A stretch of DNA of 63,874 nucleotides, the filler included, from Chiloscyllium plagiosum (Eukaryota): the NCBI RefSeq assembly GCF_004010195.1. It is 3 parts of one record of this genome, joined end to end, with 100 filler letters (N's around TTAATTAATTAA, not from the genome) between each part and the next. Parts side by side here need not be neighbours in the genome. Positions count along the whole stretch, not along the records: positions 52,879 to 63,874 come from NC_057713.1; 2 more parts are not named here. The stretch is one strand, 5' to 3'. Shown piece by piece: positions 58,801-63,874 of the stretch. The notes beneath the pieces are model-generated. The model did not search any database. It saw nothing but the letters and a program-made list of their open reading frames with translations, and was not told the DNA's origin. Each line of letters begins with the position of its first letter. Position 1 is the stretch's first letter. The position numbers and the translations under genes are program-made.

Positions 58801-61800
58801 CAGTTGCGACACTGCATCAGTGCAGAGCTCCCTCAGTACTGACCCTCCATCAGTACAGATCTCCCTCAGTATTGACCCTCCTTCAGTGCAGAGCTCCCTC
58901 AGTACTGACCCTCCATCAGTACAGATCTCCCTCAGTATTGACCCTCCATCAGTGCAGAGCTCCCTCAGAACTGACCCTCCATCATTGCAGAGCTCCCTTA
59001 GTACTGACCCTCCATCAGTGCAGAGCTCCCTCTGAAGCGACACTCCATCAGTACAGAGCTCCCTCAGTACTGACCCTCCATCAGTACAGAGCTCCCTTTA
59101 CTGAACCCCATCAGTACAGAGCTCCCTCAGTACTGACCCTCCATCAGTGCAGAGCTCCCTCAGTACTGACCCTCCATCAGGACAGAGCTCCCTTTGTACT
59201 GACCCTCCATCCTTTCATAGCTCCCATAGTACTGACCCTCCATCAGTACAGAGCTCCCTCAGTAGTGACCCCCCATCAGTACAGAGCTCCCTCAGAACTG
59301 ACCCTCCATCAGTGCAGACCTCCCTCAGTACTGACCCTCCATCAGTACAGAGCTCCCTCAGTACTGACCCTCCATCAGGACAGAGCTCCCTTTGTACTGA
59401 CCCTCCATCCTTTCATAGCTCCCATAGTACTGACCCTCCATCAGTACAGAGCTCCCTCAGTACTGACCCCCCATCAGTACAGAGCTCCCTCAGTACTGAC
59501 ACTCCATCAGGACAGAGCTCCCTCAGTACTGACCCTCCATTAGTGCAGAGCTCCATCAGTAGCGAGACTCCATCAGAGCAGAGTTCCCTCAGTACTGACC
59601 CTCCATCAGTATAGAGCTCCCTCAGTTCTGACCCTCTATCAGTACAGAGCTCCCTCAGTACTGACCCTCCATCAGTACAGAGATCCCTCGGTACTGGCCC
59701 TCCATCAGTGCAGAGCTCCCTCAGTACTGACCCTCCATCAGTGTAGAGCTCCCTCAGTACTGACCCTCCATCAGTGCAGAGCTCCCTCAGTAGCAACACT
59801 CCATCAGTGCAGAGCTCCCTCTGTACTGACCCTGTAGCAGTGCAGAGCACCCTCCGTACTGACCCTCCATCTGTGCAGAGCTCCCTGAGTACTGACCCTC
59901 CATCAGTACAGAGCTCCCTCAGTACTGACCCTCCATCAGTGCAGTGCTCCCTCAGTAGCGACACTCATTCAGTACAGAGCTCCCTCAGTACTGACCCTCC
60001 ATCAGTACAGAGCTCTCTCAGTATTGACCCTCCATCAGTGCAGAGCTTCCTCAGTACTGAGCCTCCATCAGTGCAGAGCTCCCTCAGAACTGACTCTCCA
60101 TCAGTGCAGACCTCCCTCAGTACAGACCCTCCATCAGTGCAGAGCTCCCTCAGTACTGACACTCCATCAGTCCAGTGCTCCCTCAGTACTGACCCTCCAT
60201 CAGTGCAGAGCTCCCTCAGTATTGATCCTCCATCAGTGCAGAGCTCCCTCAGTACCGACACTCCATCAGTACAGAGGTCCCTCAGAACTGACCCTCCATC
60301 AGTACAGAACGCCCTCAGTACTGACCACCCATCAGGACAGATCTCCCTCAGTAGCGAAAATCCATGAGTAAAGAGCTCCCTCAGAACTGACCCTCCATCA
60401 GTACAGAGCTCCCTCAGTACTGACCCCCCATCAGTACAGAGCTCCCTCAGTACTGACACTCCATCAGGACAGAGCTCCCTCAGTACTGACCCTCCATTAG
60501 TGCAGAGCTCCCTCAGTAGCGAGACTCCATCAGTGCAGAGCTCCCTCAGTACTGACCCTCCATCAGTGCAGAGCTCCGTCAGTACTGACCCTCTGTCAGT
60601 ACCGAGCTCCCTCAGTACTGACCCCCCATCAGTACAGAGCTCCCTCAGTACTGACCCTCCATCAGTGCAGAGCTCCCTCTGTAGCGACACTCCATCAGTA
60701 CAGAGCTCCCTCAGTACTGATCCGCTGTCAGTACAGAGCTCCCTCAGTACTGACCCCCCATCAGTACAGAGCTCCCTCAGTACTGACCCTCCATCAGTGC
60801 AGAGCTCCCTCAGGACTGACCCTCCATCAGTACAGAGCTCCCTCAGTACTGACCCTCCATCAGTGCAGAGCTCCTTCAGTACAGACCCTCCATCAGTGCA
60901 GACCTCCTTCAGTACAGACCCTCCATCAGTGCAGAGCTCCCTCAGTACTGACCCTGCATCAGTGCAGAGCTCCCTTAGGACTGACACTCCATCAGTATTG
61001 AGCTCCTACAGTACTGACCCTCCAACAATACAGAGCTCCGTCTGTACTGACCCTCCATCAGTGCAGAGCTCCCTCAGTATTGACCCACCATCAGTGCAGA
61101 GCTCCCTCAGTACTGACCCTCCATCAGTGCAGAGCGCCCTCAGTAGCGACATTCCATCAGTGCAGAGCTCCCTCAGTACTGACCCTCCATCAGTACAGAG
61201 CTCCCTCAGTACTGTCCACCATCAGTGCAGAGCTCCCTCAGTACTGACCCTCCATCAGTGCAGAGCTCTCTCAGTACTGACCCTCCGTCAGTGCAGTGCT
61301 CCCTCAGTAGCGACACTCCATCAGTGCAGAGCTCCCTCAGTACTGACCCTCCATCAGTACAGAGCTCCCTCAGTACTGACCCTCCATCAGTGCAGAGCTC
61401 CTTCAGTACTGACCCTCCATCAGTGCAGACCTCCTTCAGTACAGGCCCTCCATCAGTGCAGAGCTCCCTCAGTACTGACCCTGCATCAGTGCAGAGCTCC
61501 CTTCGGACTGACACTCCATCAGTATTGAGCTCCTTCAGTACTGACCCTCCAACAATACAGAGCTCCATCTGTACTGACCCACCATCAGTGCAGAGCTCCC
61601 TCAGTAGCGTCACTCCATCAGTGCAGAGCTCCCTCAGTACTGACCCTCCATCAGTACAGAGCTCCCTCAGTACTGTCCACCATCAGTGCAGAGTTCCCTC
61701 AGTACTGACCCTCCATCAGTGCACAGCTCCCTTTGTACTGACCCTCCATCAGTACAGAGCTCCCTCAATACTGACCCTCCATCAGTCCAGAGCTCGCTCA

Positions 61801-63874
61801 GTAATGACCCTCCATCAGTGCAGAGCTCCCTCAGTAGCGACATTCCATCAGTGCAGAGCTCCCTCAGTACTGACCCTCCATCAGTACAGAGCTCCCTCAG
61901 TACTGTCCACCATCAGTGCAGAGCTCCCTCAGTACTGACCCTCCATCAGTGCTCAGCTCCCTTTGTACTGACCCTCCATCAGTACAGAGCTCCCTCAGTA
62001 CTGACCCTCCATCAGTACAGAGCTACCTCAGTAGTGACCCTCCATCAGTGCAGAGTTCCCTCAGTACTGACCCTCCATCAGTACAGAGCTCCGTCAGTAC
62101 TGACCGTCCATCTGTACAGAGCTCCCTCAGTACTGACCGTCCATCAGTACAGAACTGCCTCAGTAGCGACACTCCATCATTACAGAGCTCCCTCAGTACT
62201 GAGACTGCATCAGCGCAGAGCTCCCTCAGTAGTGACCCTCCATCAGTGCAGAGCTCCTTCAGTACTGACCCTCCATCAGTGCAGAGCTCCCTTAGGACTG
62301 ACACTCCATCAGTACTGAGCTCCTTCAGTACTGACCCTCCATCAGTGCAGAGCTCCCTCAGTACTGACCCTCCATCAACACAGAGCTCCCTCAGTACTGA
62401 CCCTCCATCTGTACAGAGCTCCCTCAGTACTGACCCTCCATCAGTGCACAGCTCCCATTGTACTGACCCACCATCAGTGCAGAGCTCCCTCAGTACTGAC
62501 CCTCCATCAGTGCAGAGCTCCCTCAGTACTGACCCTCCATCAGTGCAGAGCGCCCACAGTACTGACCCTCCATCAGTACAGTGCTCCCTCAGTACTGACC
62601 CTCCATCAGTGCATAGCTCCCTCAGTAGCGACACTCCATCAGTGCAGAGCTCCCTCAGTACTGACCCTCCATCAGTACAGATCTCCCTCAGTACTGACCC
62701 CCCATCTGTACAGAGCTCCCACAGAACTGACCCTCCATCATTGCAGAGCTCCATCAGTAGCAACACTCCATCAGTGCAGAGCTCCTTCAGTACTGACCCT
62801 CCATCATTGCAGAGCTCCCTCAGTAGCGACACTCCATCAGTGCAGAGCTCCCTCAGTACTGACCCTCCATCAGTGCAGAGCTCCCTCAGTACCGACCCTC
62901 CATCAGTGCAGGGCACCCTCAGTACTGATCCTCCATCAGTGCAGAGCTCCCTCAGTACTGACCCTCCATCAGTGCAGACCTCCCTCAGTACAGACCCTCC
63001 ATCAGTACAGACCTCCCTCAGTACTGACCCTCAATCAGTGCAGAGCTCCCTCAGTACTGACCCTCCATCAGTGCAGAGATCCCTCAGTACTGACCCACCA
63101 TCAGCAATGAGCTCCCGCAGTACTGACCCTCCATCAGTGCAGAGCTCCCTCAGTACTGACCATACATCAGTCCAGAGCTCGCTCAGTACTGACCCTCCAT
63201 CAGTACAGAGCTCCCTCAGTACTGACCCTCCATCAGTGCAGAGCTCCAACAGTACTGACCCTCCATCAGTACAGTGCTCCCTCAGTACTGACCCTCCATC
63301 ATTGCAGAGCTCCCTTAGTACTGGCCCTCCATCAGTTCAGAGCTCCCTCAGTACAGACCCTCCATCAATACAGAGCTCCCTCAGTACTGACCCTCCATCA
63401 GTACAGATCTCCCTCAGTACAGACCCTCCATCAATACAGAGATCCCTCAGTACTGACCCTCCATCAGTGCAGATCTCCCTCAGTACTGACCCTCCATCAG
63501 TGCAGATCTCCCTCAGTACTGACCCTCCATCAGTGCAGCTCTCCCTTAGTACTGACCCTCCATCAGTACAGAGCTCCCTCAGTACTGACCCTCCATCAGT
63601 GCAGCTCTCCCTTAGTACTGGCCCTTCATCAGTGCAGTGCCCCCTCAGTACTGACCCTCCATCAGTACAGAGCTCCCTCAGTACTGACCCTCCATCAGTA
63701 CAGATCTCCCTCAGTACTGACCCTCCATCAGGGCACAGCTCCCTCAGTACTGACCCTCCATCAATGCAGAGCTCCCTCATTACTGACCCTCCATCAGTAC
63801 AGAGCTCCCTCGGTACTGACCCTCCATCAGTGCAGAGCTCCCTCAGTACTGACCCTCCATCAATACAGAGCTCC
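52879..63874. repeat. 33-bp minisatellite array, about 330 units, running off the window end
   Basis: Consensus AGTACTGACCCTCCATCAGTRCAGAGCTCCCTC. The 11-aa periodicity in the ORFs (STDPPSVQSSL / VLTLHQCRAPS / VLRELCTDGGS) confirms the 33-nt period. Occasional units are 1 nt short. Confidence 0.98.

Noticed and set aside
52917..63780. Long Ser/Thr/Pro-rich mucin-like ORFs (up to 639 aa) and antisense ELCTDGGSVLR ORFs
   Set aside because: A 33-nt unit with no stop in these frames yields long ORFs automatically on both strands. Frameshifting short units and stops are scattered through the array, most starts are GTG/TTG, and there is no signal peptide or unique domain.
52879..63874. CRISPR-like array (palindromic ~33-bp repeats)
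   Set aside because: Units are head-to-tail with no unique spacers, there are no cas genes, and the DNA is vertebrate.

Overview
Repeat-dominated vertebrate genomic DNA, almost certainly an elasmobranch (shark/ray): it carries HE1-type V-SINEs and the CR1/HER1-type LINEs that share their 3' tail. I could not recognise any host protein-coding gene, rRNA, true tRNA or CRISPR array, so the window reads as intergenic or as part of a very large intron. Bases 1-52.8 kb are a nested mosaic of decayed CR1-type LINEs, an RTE-type LINE, a second CR1/L2-superclade LINE with a tRNA-headed SINE partner, Gypsy LTR-retrotransposon relics with LTRs, Penelope-like element (PLE) fragments, a TA-flanked MITE and short unique AT-rich islands. 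Bases 52879-63874 are a >11 kb array of a 33-bp minisatellite with higher-order structure. All long ORFs in the supplied track are either this repeat or retroelement fragments. Most notable: (i) several families of tiny PLE-derived inserts built around minimal type I hammerhead ribozyme cores (CUGANGA-stem-GAAA-palindrome-NUH), some with clean target-site duplications or fold-back arms; (ii) a perfect two-step inverted templated insertion at 5.6-5.95 kb; (iii) the minisatellite's apparent origin from a SINE domain; (iv) a SINE/LINE pair sharing both head and tail; (v) a textbook 36-nt candidate microexon. Repeat family names come from recalled motifs, not database searches, and boundaries of decayed elements are approximate.
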